From an uncultured Gammaproteobacteria bacterium (GTDB lineage: Bacteria > Pseudomonadota > Gammaproteobacteria > GCA-001735895): a stretch of 46,034 nt of DNA. The translations under genes and the position numbers were made by a program. Shown here one piece after another: positions 19,582 through 29,947 of this stretch. The DNA lies in assembly GCA_937936805.1 (NCBI GenBank), contig CALDDP010000110.1, forward strand, positions 1-46,034, in the 5' to 3' direction. Positions within the stretch are counted from its first letter, which is position 1; every line of letters begins with the position of its first letter. The notes beneath the pieces were generated by a model. The model was given only the letters and a program-made list of their open reading frames with translations. It had not been told where the DNA came from and did no database searches.

Positions 19582-19931
19582 ATATGAAATCAGGAATTTT
19601 AGCTTTCGCCACCATCGCGTTAATCTCCGTTATCAACCCGGCCAGTGCTGGATATTACATGTCTGCAAACAAATTATTGAGCTTGTGCGAGAGTAATTCT
19701 GTCGCCGACCAGAATGTTTGTGTTGGATATGTGTTAGGTGTCACCGACGCAGCGCAGATGCTGGATTCAGAGACCAACATGAGGAGGTATTGCCCGTCGA
19801 AAAATGTCACTAGCAGCCAGCTGGAAAAAACTGTGGTCAAGTACATGAGCGAGAACCGGCAAAACCTGGCTAAAGCGGCGTCCTATTATGTTCTTGTTGC
19901 GCTGAGGAAAGCATTCCCCTGCAACGAATAA
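19578..19931 (+). CDS. Rap1a/Tai-family immunity protein
   Basis: Signal peptide followed by the Rap1a pattern: SANKLLSLC...CVGYVLGV.D...YCP..V...QL...V.KY...A...V..AL..AFPC. Confidence 0.82.
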   Translation: MNMKSGILAFATIALISVINPASAGYYMSANKLLSLCESNSVADQNVCVGYVLGVTDAAQMLDSETNMRRYCPSKNVTSSQLEKTVVKYMSENRQNLAKAASYYVLVALRKAFPCNE

Positions 19932-19969
19932 TGCACCACCGGTTCGCTGGAGCCGATTATCTGAAGATC

Positions 19970-20042
19970 GGGGACAGACCACGTTTTTCGGTTCCTACTG
20001 AGCTTGGATTGCATGGTATGGCGAAAAACGTGGTCTGTCCCC
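19970..20042. repeat. Perfect 21-bp inverted repeat with 31-nt spacer (REP-like)
   Basis: GGGGACAGACCACGTTTTTCG (19970-19990) and CGAAAAACGTGGTCTGTCCCC (20022-20042). Confidence 0.9.
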
Positions 20043-20048
20043 CTGGCT

Positions 20049-21137
20049 TCAATTATTCTGGATAACTATATTCGGGAAGGCCGCTGAATGATCGCGCGCC
20101 TTGGTCGCTAGTCTGGCAGCAGTTTTGCGCGCAATTGCACGATAAATACCGCCGATCTGGCTATCCTGCATCGCCGCCACGGTGGGATTGCCGCTATCTG
20201 CCTGTTCGCGAATTCGAATATCGAGCGGCAGCGAACCGAGCAAATCGACACCGTGATCCGCGGACATGCGGGCGCCGCCACCTTCACCGAATATATGTTC
20301 ACTATGGCCGCACTGGCTACAGATATGAATACTCATGTTCTCGATGATTCCGAGCACAGGCACTTCTACCTTCTCAAACATTTTCAGTCCCTTGCGCGCA
20401 TCAAGCAGCGCGATGTCCTGTGGGGTTGTAACGATAACCGCACCGCTTACCGGAATGCGCTGCGCCAGGGTCAACTGAATGTCGCCGGTTCCCGGTGGCA
20501 AATCGATAATCAGGTAATCAACGTCATCCCAGCGGGTGTCGTTCAGTAACTGCTCTAATGCCTGGGTCACCATCGGTCCGCGCCAGATCATCGGTGTGTC
20601 TTCTTCTACCAGATAGCCGATAGACATCGACTGAATGCCATGCCCCATCATCGGCTCGAGGCTTTTGCCATCGGAGGATTCGGGTTGGCCCTGGCAGCCG
20701 AGCATGCGCGGAATACTGGGACCGTAAATATCAGCGTCGAGAATGCCGATCCTGGCGCCTTCCGCCTGCAACGCCAGCGCGAGATTAACCGCGGTGGTGG
20801 ATTTACCCACTCCACCCTTACCCGACGCCACCGCGATGACATTCTTGATACCCTGCAGTGGTTTCAGGTTCTGCTGCACAGCATGTGACTTGACCTGACT
20901 CGAAACTGTCACCTCGACCTCGCCGAGACCAGCGATACCGCCCAGCGCAGAATTAATTTCCTGCTTCAACTCGTCGAAATAACCGGATGCTGGGTAACCC
21001 AGCTGGATTTCTATTTTCCAGCTTTCGCCGTCCTGTTCGATCGCTTTAACGGCCTTGCCGGCGACCAGATCGGTTTCCGTGTTGGGGTCGACCACCTCTG
21101 CCAGTTTCGCTTCAATCTGTGATTTATCAATCGCCAT
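20049..21137 (-). CDS. apbC: Iron-sulfur cluster carrier ApbC/Mrp
   Basis: ASGKGGVGKST, DADIYGPS, WRGPM, DLPPGTGD, ENMS..CSQC. Divergent from metG. Confidence 0.97.
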   Translation of the reverse strand: MAIDKSQIEAKLAEVVDPNTETDLVAGKAVKAIEQDGESWKIEIQLGYPASGYFDELKQEINSALGGIAGLGEVEVTVSSQVKSHAVQQNLKPLQGIKNVIAVASGKGGVGKSTTAVNLALALQAEGARIGILDADIYGPSIPRMLGCQGQPESSDGKSLEPMMGHGIQSMSIGYLVEEDTPMIWRGPMVTQALEQLLNDTRWDDVDYLIIDLPPGTGDIQLTLAQRIPVSGAVIVTTPQDIALLDARKGLKMFEKVEVPVLGIIENMSIHICSQCGHSEHIFGEGGGARMSADHGVDLLGSLPLDIRIREQADSGNPTVAAMQDSQIGGIYRAIARKTAARLATKARDHSAAFPNIVIQNN

Positions 21138-21284
21138 AGGTATTCATTGTATCTGGATTCACTTTAGGGAGGGCGCATTTTACCCGAGCCCGTTACCAAA
21201 TATCACTTAGTTTTTGTGTGAATGTTCTATACAGCGTCCTGTACAGCACCTAAAATGTCGTGTTTTGCCAGACCAGCCTAGCAG

Positions 21285-23318
21285 ATGAGTTCCAAACCCC
21301 GCCAGATAGTGGTGACCAGCGCGCTACCCTATGCTAACGGCCCGATCCATATCGGCCATATGCTCGAATACGTGCAGACCGATATCTGGGTACGCTTTCA
21401 GAAACTGCGAGGCCACGAATGCACCTATGTGTGCGCCGATGACGCACATGGCACACCGATCATGCTGCGCGCCCAGGCCGAAAACGTCACCCCGGAAGAA
21501 TTGATCGAACGCATGCACAAGGAACACCTGCAGGATTTCACCGATTTCGGAGTGGCGTTCGATAACTACTACAGTACCCATTCGGAGGAGAATCGATTTT
21601 TCGCCGAATACATCTACACCCAACTGCGCGAAGCCGGGCATATCCGCACGCGCGTCATTTCGCAGGCTTACGATCCCAAAGCGGAAATGTTTTTGCCGGA
21701 TCGTTTCATCAAGGGAGAATGCCCCAACTGCGGGGCCGCAGACCAGTACGGTGACAATTGCGAAAACTGCGGCGCCACCTATGCGCCGACCGACCTGAAA
21801 AATCCGCTATCGGTGGTCAGCGGTGAGACTCCGATCGAAAAGGATTCCGAACAGTACTTCTTCAAGCTGGAAGATTTCGAGGACATGCTTAAAGCCTGGT
21901 TCGACGCCGGGCACGTGCAAACCGAAATTGCTAACAAGATGAACGAATGGCTCGAGGAAGGGCTCAATGACTGGGATATTTCGCGCAACGCGCCCTACTG
22001 GGGCTTTGAAATCCCGGACGCACCGGGAAAATATTTCTACGTCTGGCTAGATGCGCCGATTGGTTACATGGCCAGTTTCAAGAACTGGTGCGAGGCCAAC
22101 GACCAGGATTTCGACTACTACTGGAACAAGGATAGCAAGGCGGAACTCTATCATTTCATCGGCAAGGACATCGCGCGTTTCCACACCATGTTCTGGCCGG
22201 CCATGCTGCACGGTTCCGGATTTCGCAAGCCGAGCGCGGTTTACTGCCACGGATTTCTCACCGTGGATGGACAGAAGATGTCCAAGTCGCGCGGTACTTT
22301 CATCATGGCGCGCACCTATCTCGAGCACCTCAATCCCGAGTACCTGCGTTATTACTTCGCCGCCAAACTCGGACCCGGTATCGATGACATCGATTTAAAC
22401 CTCGAGGATTTCACCACCAGGGTCAATTCCGACCTGGTAGGCAAGCTGGTGAATATCGCCAGTCGTTGCGCCGGTTTTATCAACAAGACTTTCGACGGCA
22501 AGCTTTCCGCCGAGCTTTCCAGCAACGCGCTGAGCCAGCAATACCTCGACGCTGCCGAGACGATCGCGGGTTATTATGAGAATCGCGAATTCGGCAAAGC
22601 GATGCGCGACATCATGGCACTGGCCGACAAGGCCAACCAGTACATCGATGAAAAACAACCCTGGGTGACCATCAAGGACCCGGCACGCCATCACGAGGTG
22701 CAGGATGTCTGCAGCATCGGCCTTAACTGTTTCCGCCAGCTGGTCATCCTGCTTAAACCGGTACTGCCAAAACTCGCCGCGCAGGCAGAGGAATTTCTCA
22801 ATGTCGAGAATCCCGGCTGGACCGAGCTGGGCGACAATCTTCTCGACCATAGAATAAACCGGTTCAAGCCGCTGATGACCCGGATCGAACCGGTTTTTAT
22901 CGAACGCATGGTCGAAGCCACCAAAGCAGATCTGGTCGCGGAGCAAAAGATTCAGCAGGGTCCCGGCGATTCAGCGCACGAAGCCATCGCGCCTGAGATC
23001 AACTATGACGATTTCGCCAAGCTGGATCTGCGCATCGCAAAAATCGTCGCCGCCAGGCGTGTCGAGAAATCCGACAAGTTATTGCAACTTACGCTGGATA
23101 TCGGTAGCGAGACGCGCAACGTATTTGCCGGCATAAGCAACGCCTACCAACCCGAAGACCTGGAAGGCAAACTCACGGTAATGGTCGCCAACCTGGCGCC
23201 ACGCAAAATGCGCTTTGGTGTTTCCGAAGGTATGGTACTGGCAGCCGGAAGCGGTGACACCGAGCTGTATATCCTGAACCCCGACTCAGGCGCCAAACCG
23301 GGAATGCGAGTCAGTTAA
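21285..23318 (+). CDS. metG: Methionine--tRNA ligase
   Basis: [13 protein letters not shown], Zn knuckles, KMSKS and a C-terminal tRNA-binding domain. Confidence 0.98.
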   Translation: MSSKPRQIVVTSALPYANGPIHIGHMLEYVQTDIWVRFQKLRGHECTYVCADDAHGTPIMLRAQAENVTPEELIERMHKEHLQDFTDFGVAFDNYYSTHSEENRFFAEYIYTQLREAGHIRTRVISQAYDPKAEMFLPDRFIKGECPNCGAADQYGDNCENCGATYAPTDLKNPLSVVSGETPIEKDSEQYFFKLEDFEDMLKAWFDAGHVQTEIANKMNEWLEEGLNDWDISRNAPYWGFEIPDAPGKYFYVWLDAPIGYMASFKNWCEANDQDFDYYWNKDSKAELYHFIGKDIARFHTMFWPAMLHGSGFRKPSAVYCHGFLTVDGQKMSKSRGTFIMARTYLEHLNPEYLRYYFAAKLGPGIDDIDLNLEDFTTRVNSDLVGKLVNIASRCAGFINKTFDGKLSAELSSNALSQQYLDAAETIAGYYENREFGKAMRDIMALADKANQYIDEKQPWVTIKDPARHHEVQDVCSIGLNCFRQLVILLKPVLPKLAAQAEEFLNVENPGWTELGDNLLDHRINRFKPLMTRIEPVFIERMVEATKADLVAEQKIQQGPGDSAHEAIAPEINYDDFAKLDLRIAKIVAARRVEKSDKLLQLTLDIGSETRNVFAGISNAYQPEDLEGKLTVMVANLAPRKMRFGVSEGMVLAAGSGDTELYILNPDSGAKPGMRVS

Positions 23319-24581
23319 TTGTCGTTACGCCTAATAGCACTCTGCCTTCTGTTGAGCGGACTTTTCTCTGCGCCGACGCTGGCCCTGAATTCCAAGGAAA
23401 TCTACCAGCTAAACGAACAGCGGGTTTTCCAGGTGCGCGTGCTGAATCGGGAAACCGGCAAGAAATCCAGCATCGGTTCCGGCTTTATTGTCGGCGACGG
23501 TAGCCAGCTCGCGACCAACTATCACGTCATCAGCCAGGTCGTCCTCGAACCCGAACTATTCTATATTTCATTCACCGGCAAGGACGGACAGGAAGGCGAA
23601 TTAAAACTGCTTGGTCTCGATGTAGCCCACGATCTGGCACTGCTCGGCGCTGACGAGCCAATTGGTGAAGCAATCGAAATGAGCCCGCTACCACCCCGCG
23701 GCGCACCGATTTTCGCCATGGGCAACCCGCTTGATCTCGGGCTCACCATTGCGGTGGGAACCAATGGCGGCATTTTGAACCAGACCGACGACAGCCGCAT
23801 CCTGTTTTCAGGTAATCTGAACCCCGGCATGAGCGGCGGACCCACTTTTAACGAGAGGGGCGAGGCGATAGGGATAAATGTTGCCACTGCGCGCAACGCT
23901 ATCAGCTTCATCGTGCCGTCACGGTTTTTAAACGACCTGATCGAACAATCAATGGCTGCAGCCATCAATGACGAAACCGATTTAAAGGCCGAAGTGGCGC
24001 GCCAGGTACTGGCGTACGAAAGCAACTACATCGAGCAGCTATTAGAGGGCGACTGGCCCAGTCTCGACCTGCGCCAGGTCAAGTTACCGGGCATTATCTC
24101 GCCAACCGTGCGCTGCTGGGACAATAGCGCAAAACTCAGCGCCATCGCACGCTACAAACGCTACCAGATCCGTTGTGCCAACAAGAATCATGTATATCTC
24201 GACGGGGACAACAAGTTTGTCGGCAACCTGATCTACGAGTATTTCTGGCTTGAATCTGAAGATCTTAATGCGCTTCAGTTTTACAACCTGTACGAAAATC
24301 TGAACAAGGATCAAATCGAGTCGAAACTGGATCGAGACGTGGTCAGCAATTTCAATTGCCAGAACTGGTTTATCGAAGTTTCATCGCAGGAATTGAAAAG
24401 CAATCTGTGCCGGCGTGAATATGTCGAGTACGAAGGCATGAGCGACGTTCTCTTTACCGCTGCCCTGACTGGTCATAGCAACCAGGGGTTTTTCATAACG
24501 CTGATCATGACGGGGGTTGATTTCAAAGCGACTTTGCCGCTGATCCAAAGATTTCTGGAGCAGGTCGAATGGAAGCCCTGA
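23319..24581 (+). CDS. Exported trypsin-like (S1) serine protease with an uncharacterised Cys-containing C-terminal domain
   Basis: Signal peptide and catalytic triad motifs TNYHV, HDLALL, PGMSGGP. No PDZ domain recognised. TTG start abuts the metG stop. Confidence 0.85.
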   Translation: MSLRLIALCLLLSGLFSAPTLALNSKEIYQLNEQRVFQVRVLNRETGKKSSIGSGFIVGDGSQLATNYHVISQVVLEPELFYISFTGKDGQEGELKLLGLDVAHDLALLGADEPIGEAIEMSPLPPRGAPIFAMGNPLDLGLTIAVGTNGGILNQTDDSRILFSGNLNPGMSGGPTFNERGEAIGINVATARNAISFIVPSRFLNDLIEQSMAAAINDETDLKAEVARQVLAYESNYIEQLLEGDWPSLDLRQVKLPGIISPTVRCWDNSAKLSAIARYKRYQIRCANKNHVYLDGDNKFVGNLIYEYFWLESEDLNALQFYNLYENLNKDQIESKLDRDVVSNFNCQNWFIEVSSQELKSNLCRREYVEYEGMSDVLFTAALTGHSNQGFFITLIMTGVDFKATLPLIQRFLEQVEWKP

Positions 24582-25525
24582 TGCTCGAAATCAGCACCCG
24601 CGGGCTGCATCGATACCAGCAGATTGATGGTGAAGTGACGACGATAGGTCGCGCGCTGGACAACGATATTATCCTCTCCGATCCGACCGTCGCACCACAT
24701 CATCTGAAAATCATCCGCCACAGTGACGCTTCGATCGAGCTGGTCAACCTGGCCGAGGTAAACCCGACCCGGGTGAACAATCAACGCCTGCAATCTATGC
24801 TGGCTGAAAAGCTTCCGCTGACACTTGAAATGGGTCGCGTCCAGGCGCAGCTGATACCGCGCGATCACGCCGTTGCAAATACCCGGCCTATAGCCGGTAA
24901 CGGGCACGGAAAACATTTATTCGGTAACAGCTACTGGACCGTATTCCTGGTACTGGCCTGCCTGTTCTTCGGCGGCATGGAATTCTTCCTGAACTCCTAC
25001 AATACCGTCAAATGGAGCGACCTGTTCAAGTACGTGTTACGTGAAACGGTACTCACCATCGGTGTTTTCGTGCTGGCCTTGTCGATCCTGGAGCGACTGC
25101 TGGTAAACCGTTGGGAAATCAGGCAGTTGATTACCGCGGTTTGCCTCGTGTACCTGCTGTTTGATTTCATCTCGATGTCAGGTCATGGTTTAAATTACCT
25201 GTTCTCGGCGAGCTGGCCGACGACATGGCTTCATTTCGGCTGGTACCTGACATTTATCCCCTGCGCGATAGCGCTGTACCTTATCCATATTTCCCATTTA
25301 AAACACAGCCGGGCTATCCTGCTCGCCATATTGATCGCCAGCCCGATTGCGGTTCCTTCGATCCTGCAGAGCCAGCAGTTGAGAACGCTACTCGACGATT
25401 TCAGTCCCGCGGCAAGGTACCAGAACAGCCTCAGCGCGTTTAACTGGCACCTCAAGGATAGCGTAACTATCGAAAGCTTTGTCGAGCAGGCACAGGAGCT
25501 TGCACCCGGTGAGTTTGCCGACTGA
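24569..25525 (+). CDS. FHA domain-containing polytopic membrane protein
   Basis: N-terminal FHA TIGRALDNDIILSDPTVAPHH followed by about 5 hydrophobic helices. Confidence 0.82.
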   Translation: MEALMLEISTRGLHRYQQIDGEVTTIGRALDNDIILSDPTVAPHHLKIIRHSDASIELVNLAEVNPTRVNNQRLQSMLAEKLPLTLEMGRVQAQLIPRDHAVANTRPIAGNGHGKHLFGNSYWTVFLVLACLFFGGMEFFLNSYNTVKWSDLFKYVLRETVLTIGVFVLALSILERLLVNRWEIRQLITAVCLVYLLFDFISMSGHGLNYLFSASWPTTWLHFGWYLTFIPCAIALYLIHISHLKHSRAILLAILIASPIAVPSILQSQQLRTLLDDFSPAARYQNSLSAFNWHLKDSVTIESFVEQAQELAPGEFAD

Positions 25526-25609
25526 AGCGCAATCCCGATGGGAATGTTTAATAAAGACCTCAGGTAAATTCGGTATTTTTCGTCAGGGTCAGGCCTTATA
25601 ATCCGCCCC

Positions 25610-26191
25610 ATGTCAGAATACCTGTTACTTTTGGTCGGCACTGTATTTGTCAACAACATCGTGTTGGTAAAATTCCTTGGCCTGTGCCCGTTCATGGGGG
25701 TGTCGCGCAAGATCGAGACCGCAATCGGCATGAGCGCAGCCACCACCTTCGTGCTGACCCTTTCGGCGGTGCTCAGCTACCTGATCAACACCTGGGTGCT
25801 GGCGCCGCTCGAACTCGAGTACCTGCGCACAATCGCCTTCATAATCGCCATTGCCGCGGTTGTCAATTTCACCGAGATGGCGGTTCACAAAACCAGCCCC
25901 TTGCTATACAACGTGCTGGGCATATTCCTGCCACTGATAACCACCAATTGTGCCGTGCTTGGTGTCGCCCTGATAAACGTCCAGCAACAAAACAGCTTTT
26001 TCGAGTCGGCGATCTACGGGTTCGGCGCCGCGCTCGGATTTTCGCTGGTACTGATTTTATTCGCCGCCATGCGTGAACGCATCAACGTCGCCGATGTTCC
26101 GGCACCATTCAAGGGCTCTGCGATCGGCCTGGTCACCGCGGGGCTCATGTCGCTGGCATTCATGGGTCTCGGCGGACTGGTCAAGGTTTAA
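25610..26191 (+). CDS. rnfA: Rnf/Rsx complex subunit A
   Basis: [30 protein letters not shown]. Confidence 0.97.
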   Translation: MSEYLLLLVGTVFVNNIVLVKFLGLCPFMGVSRKIETAIGMSAATTFVLTLSAVLSYLINTWVLAPLELEYLRTIAFIIAIAAVVNFTEMAVHKTSPLLYNVLGIFLPLITTNCAVLGVALINVQQQNSFFESAIYGFGAALGFSLVLILFAAMRERINVADVPAPFKGSAIGLVTAGLMSLAFMGLGGLVKV

Positions 26192-26194
26192 GCA

Positions 26195-26755
26195 ATGATT
26201 CTTGCAATTATAACCATCAGCGCGATGGCTGGATTGTTCGGTCTGGTCCTCGGTTACGCCGCCGTGCGATTCAAGGTCGAAGGCAACCCGGTGGTGGATC
26301 AAATCGACGCATTACTGCCCCAGACCCAGTGCGGGCAATGCACCTATCCCGGTTGTCGTCCCTACGCCGAGGCCATCGCCAGCGGCGAAGCACCGATCAA
26401 TCAATGTCCACCCGGGGGACAGGCAACCATCGCCGCACTCGCCAGTTTGCTGGATACCGAGGTGCTCGAACTCAATGCGGAGCACGGTGAACATCTCGAT
26501 GTGCCGTTAGTGGCGGTGATCGACGAACAAACCTGTATCGGCTGCACTTTGTGCATTCAGGCCTGTCCCGTGGATGCGATCCTCGGTGCGTCGAAGCACA
26601 TGCATACCGTAATTGCGGAAGAATGTACCGGTTGCAAACTCTGTCTACCGCCCTGCCCGGTCGATTGCATCGACATGATACCGTCACAACAAACCATCGA
26701 TGACTGGAAATGGTCGGCGCCACCGGACCTGCTGCAAGAGATGCAGGATGCTTAA
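26195..26755 (+). CDS. rnfB: Rnf/Rsx complex subunit B
   Basis: [13 protein letters not shown] and two CxxCxxCxxxCP ferredoxin motifs. Confidence 0.96.
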   Translation: MILAIITISAMAGLFGLVLGYAAVRFKVEGNPVVDQIDALLPQTQCGQCTYPGCRPYAEAIASGEAPINQCPPGGQATIAALASLLDTEVLELNAEHGEHLDVPLVAVIDEQTCIGCTLCIQACPVDAILGASKHMHTVIAEECTGCKLCLPPCPVDCIDMIPSQQTIDDWKWSAPPDLLQEMQDA

Positions 26756-28301
26756 ACTGCATCACTTTCATGGTGGCCTGCATCTCGATGGGCACAAGAC
26801 AGAATCGCTTGGCCGCGGGCTGCAGCAGGCGACTCTTCCCGAACGCCTGTTCCTGCCCTTGAGACAACACATCGGTGAATACAACAAGCCGCTAGTCAAA
26901 CCTGGTGAGCGGGTTTTAAAAGGCCAGGTAATCGCGGCTAATCCGTCGCTGATTTGCGCCGCGGTGCATGCTTCGACATCGGGGGTGGTCAGCGCAATCG
27001 GCGACTACCAGGTGGCACACCCGTCAGGACAGTCCGACACCTGCATCGTCATTGACGTCGACGGCAAGGACGAGGCCGTCGAGTCGACCCCGCCTGATCC
27101 GGGCGAACTGACCTCCAGCGAAATGATCGAACGAATTTGTCGTGCGGGTATTGTCGGGCTCGGTGGCGCGGCTTTCCCGACTTCGCCAAAACTGTCACGT
27201 GGCAAGGCAAACGGTATCGATACCCTGATTATTAACGGCGTGGAATGCGAACCCTACATAACCTGTGACGATATATTGATGCGTCACTATGCAGCCGAGG
27301 TGTTGCGTGGAACCGGGTACCTGCGGCAAATTCTGCAGCCGAGCAGAACACTGATCGGCATCGAAGATAACAAGCCCGAAGCAATCGCGGAAATATCGAG
27401 GGCGCTTGCGCAAAACCCGCTGGCGAATACCGAGATTATCCCGATCCCGACGATTTATCCATCGGGAGGTGAAAAACAGTTAATCCAGATCCTGACCGGC
27501 AAAGAAGTTCCCCACGGTCAGCTCGCGTTTGACATCGGCCTGTTTTGTCAGAATGTCGGCACCTGTGTCGCGATTACGCGCGCGCTTGAAAAAGATGAAC
27601 CGCTGATTTCACGAGTGGTTACCATAACCGGAGACAATATCGGTGAGCCAGGGAACTGGGAAGTTCGCCTGGGCACCCCGATCAGCCACCTGATCGAGCT
27701 TGCGGGAGGTTACGGCCACGCTGCCGGCGGACACCTGGTTATGGGCGGACCGATGATGGGATTTTCACTTTCCAGCCACCAGGTACCGATCGTCAAGGCC
27801 AGCAATTGCATTATGGTAATGCGCGAGGAAACGATTCCACACGCCCCGGGCTATCACGACGAATGTATTCGCTGCAGCAAGTGTACCGAGGTGTGTCCGG
27901 CGCAATTGCTGCCGCAACAACTATACTGGCATGCGCGCGCGCAGGCCTGGGAACGCACCCAGGAATTTCATCTGTTCGACTGTATCGAATGCGGTTGCTG
28001 TTCGGCAGTTTGTCCCAGTCAAATTCCACTGGTGCAATATTACCGTGCCGCGAAGAGCGAAATCCGGGCCGCACAAAAAGCGCAATTCAAGTCAGATCGA
28101 GCCCGCGTTAGATTCGAGTTTCGTGAAAAACGCCTGTTGTTGAAACAGCAGAAGGACGAGGAACGTCGACGCCTGAAACGCGAAGCACTGCAGAAAAAAC
28201 GAGCCAGCCCCGGTACCGGAGAACCCGCTCCTGACCCGGTGCAGGCGGCACTGGAACGAGTCAAGGCGCGCAAGAAATCGATACAGGAAGAATCGCAATG
28301 A
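26748..28301 (+). CDS. rnfC: Rnf/Rsx complex subunit C
   Basis: [24 protein letters not shown] and two 4Fe-4S motifs. Start placed at ATG 26748. Confidence 0.96.
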   Translation: MLKLHHFHGGLHLDGHKTESLGRGLQQATLPERLFLPLRQHIGEYNKPLVKPGERVLKGQVIAANPSLICAAVHASTSGVVSAIGDYQVAHPSGQSDTCIVIDVDGKDEAVESTPPDPGELTSSEMIERICRAGIVGLGGAAFPTSPKLSRGKANGIDTLIINGVECEPYITCDDILMRHYAAEVLRGTGYLRQILQPSRTLIGIEDNKPEAIAEISRALAQNPLANTEIIPIPTIYPSGGEKQLIQILTGKEVPHGQLAFDIGLFCQNVGTCVAITRALEKDEPLISRVVTITGDNIGEPGNWEVRLGTPISHLIELAGGYGHAAGGHLVMGGPMMGFSLSSHQVPIVKASNCIMVMREETIPHAPGYHDECIRCSKCTEVCPAQLLPQQLYWHARAQAWERTQEFHLFDCIECGCCSAVCPSQIPLVQYYRAAKSEIRAAQKAQFKSDRARVRFEFREKRLLLKQQKDEERRRLKREALQKKRASPGTGEPAPDPVQAALERVKARKKSIQEESQ

Positions 28302-29320
28302 CCAGCGTCATCGTTTCTTCACCCTTCGTGGCTCCAGGCAACAAACTCAGGCGCCTGATGCTCCAGGTCATCATCGCCCTGCTGCCAGGCACGCTGGCCT
28401 ATGCCTGGCACTTCGGACCCGGTGTCATCATCAATATTGTCCTCGCGGTACTGTTTGCGCTGGTGTTCGAGGCTGGCATTCTTAAATTGCGGGCCAAACC
28501 GGTGATGCCACACTTGGCCGACTACAGTGCGGTAGTAGCGGCCTGGCTGTTCGCACTTTGCCTGCCGATGCATTCGCCCTGGTGGCTGGTGCTTATCGGC
28601 GTCGGTTTCACCATGATAGCCGGCAAACACTTATATGGCGGACTTGGATTCAATCCGTTCAATCCGGCCATGGTGGGTTACGTGGTGCTGCTGATTTCTT
28701 TTCCGCGCGAAATGACTACCTGGTATTTACCTGCCTCGGTGAGCGGAGAAACCCTGAGTCTTACCGACGCACTGCGTTACAGTTTCGGTAATGTCGATAT
28801 CGGCCAGTGGGACGCCCTCAGTTCGGCGACGCCGCTGGACCAGGTCAAGACCGCAGTCGGACAAAGTATCAGCATCAGTGAGATTCGAACGTCACCGGTC
28901 TTTGGGGAGTTTGGCGGCAAGGGCTGGGAATGGATCGCTTTGGGGTGGTTCATCGGTGGTCTGTGGTTACTGCTAACGCGCACCATCCGCTGGCATATAC
29001 CCGCCGCACTGCTCGGCGGAGTGCTGGGCATGGCCACGTTGTTTTACCTGGTTGATCCGGAAATATACGCTTCACCTCTGTTTCATCTGCTCTCCGGGGC
29101 AGTCGTAATCGGCGCATTCTTCATCGCTACCGATCCGGTTACCGCGGCTACTACCGATATGGGGCGCGTCGTTTACGGTTTTCTCATCGGTGTGCTGATC
29201 TATATCATCCGGGTCTGGGGCGGTTACCCGGACGGTGTTGCATTTGCCGTATTGCTGGCAAATATGTGCGTACCGCTTATCGACTACTACACACAACCTA
29301 GAACATACGGCGAGAAATGA
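28298..29320 (+). CDS. rnfD: Rnf/Rsx complex subunit D
   Basis: KHLYGGLGFNPFNPAM, SATPL (FMN-Thr), FIATDPVT, GGYPDG. Confidence 0.96.
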   Translation: MTSVIVSSPFVAPGNKLRRLMLQVIIALLPGTLAYAWHFGPGVIINIVLAVLFALVFEAGILKLRAKPVMPHLADYSAVVAAWLFALCLPMHSPWWLVLIGVGFTMIAGKHLYGGLGFNPFNPAMVGYVVLLISFPREMTTWYLPASVSGETLSLTDALRYSFGNVDIGQWDALSSATPLDQVKTAVGQSISISEIRTSPVFGEFGGKGWEWIALGWFIGGLWLLLTRTIRWHIPAALLGGVLGMATLFYLVDPEIYASPLFHLLSGAVVIGAFFIATDPVTAATTDMGRVVYGFLIGVLIYIIRVWGGYPDGVAFAVLLANMCVPLIDYYTQPRTYGEK

Positions 29321-29937
29321 TCGCCATAAACCGACGTCAGATTCTGCTTTCAGGGGTGTTCCTGTCGCTGTTCGCGGTCGTCGGCACAACCCTGGTCGCG
29401 CTCACCGAATACAGCACCAGCGCGGCAATAGCCGAAAACGAGCGCCAGGTGCTGTTGCGCAATCTCTACGCGCTGCTGCCCCGGGACCAGCTCGATAACG
29501 ATATCGCAACCGATACCCTGGAACTGCCTGCGTCGACCCTGCTGGGTACCGATGATGTTTCTACCGTGTATCGGGCCCGAATGCTGGGAGAACCGGTGGC
29601 GGCAATTTTCAATAGCGTCGCGCCCAACGGCTATAACGGCAAGATACATCTGCTGGTTGGCGTTTATATCGATGGCAGGCTGGCCGGCGTACGCGTCGTC
29701 AAGCATGCCGAAACCCCGGGACTTGGCGATGCAGTCGAAGTCAGGAAATCACCCTGGATTAACGATTTTGCGGGTAAGGCACTGGACAACCCGAGCCAGG
29801 AGCGCTGGCTGGTAAAACGTGATGGCGGCGATTTCGACCAGTTTACCGGCGCAACCATCACACCGCGCGCGGTAGTCGCTGCAGTACGCAATACACTGCT
29901 GTACTATCAGCAAAACGCTGATATGATTTTTTATTAG
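29317..29937 (+). CDS. rnfG: Rnf/Rsx complex subunit G
   Basis: ETPGLGD, DQFTGATIT (FMN-Thr). Confidence 0.96.
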   Translation: MIAINRRQILLSGVFLSLFAVVGTTLVALTEYSTSAAIAENERQVLLRNLYALLPRDQLDNDIATDTLELPASTLLGTDDVSTVYRARMLGEPVAAIFNSVAPNGYNGKIHLLVGVYIDGRLAGVRVVKHAETPGLGDAVEVRKSPWINDFAGKALDNPSQERWLVKRDGGDFDQFTGATITPRAVVAAVRNTLLYYQQNADMIFY

Positions 29938-29947
29938 ATGACAGGAC

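Noticed and set aside
18316-19969. Small same-strand accessory genes resembling an integron cassette array
   Set aside because: No attC-like RYYYAAC...GTTRRRY paired ends follow the genes and there is no integrase.
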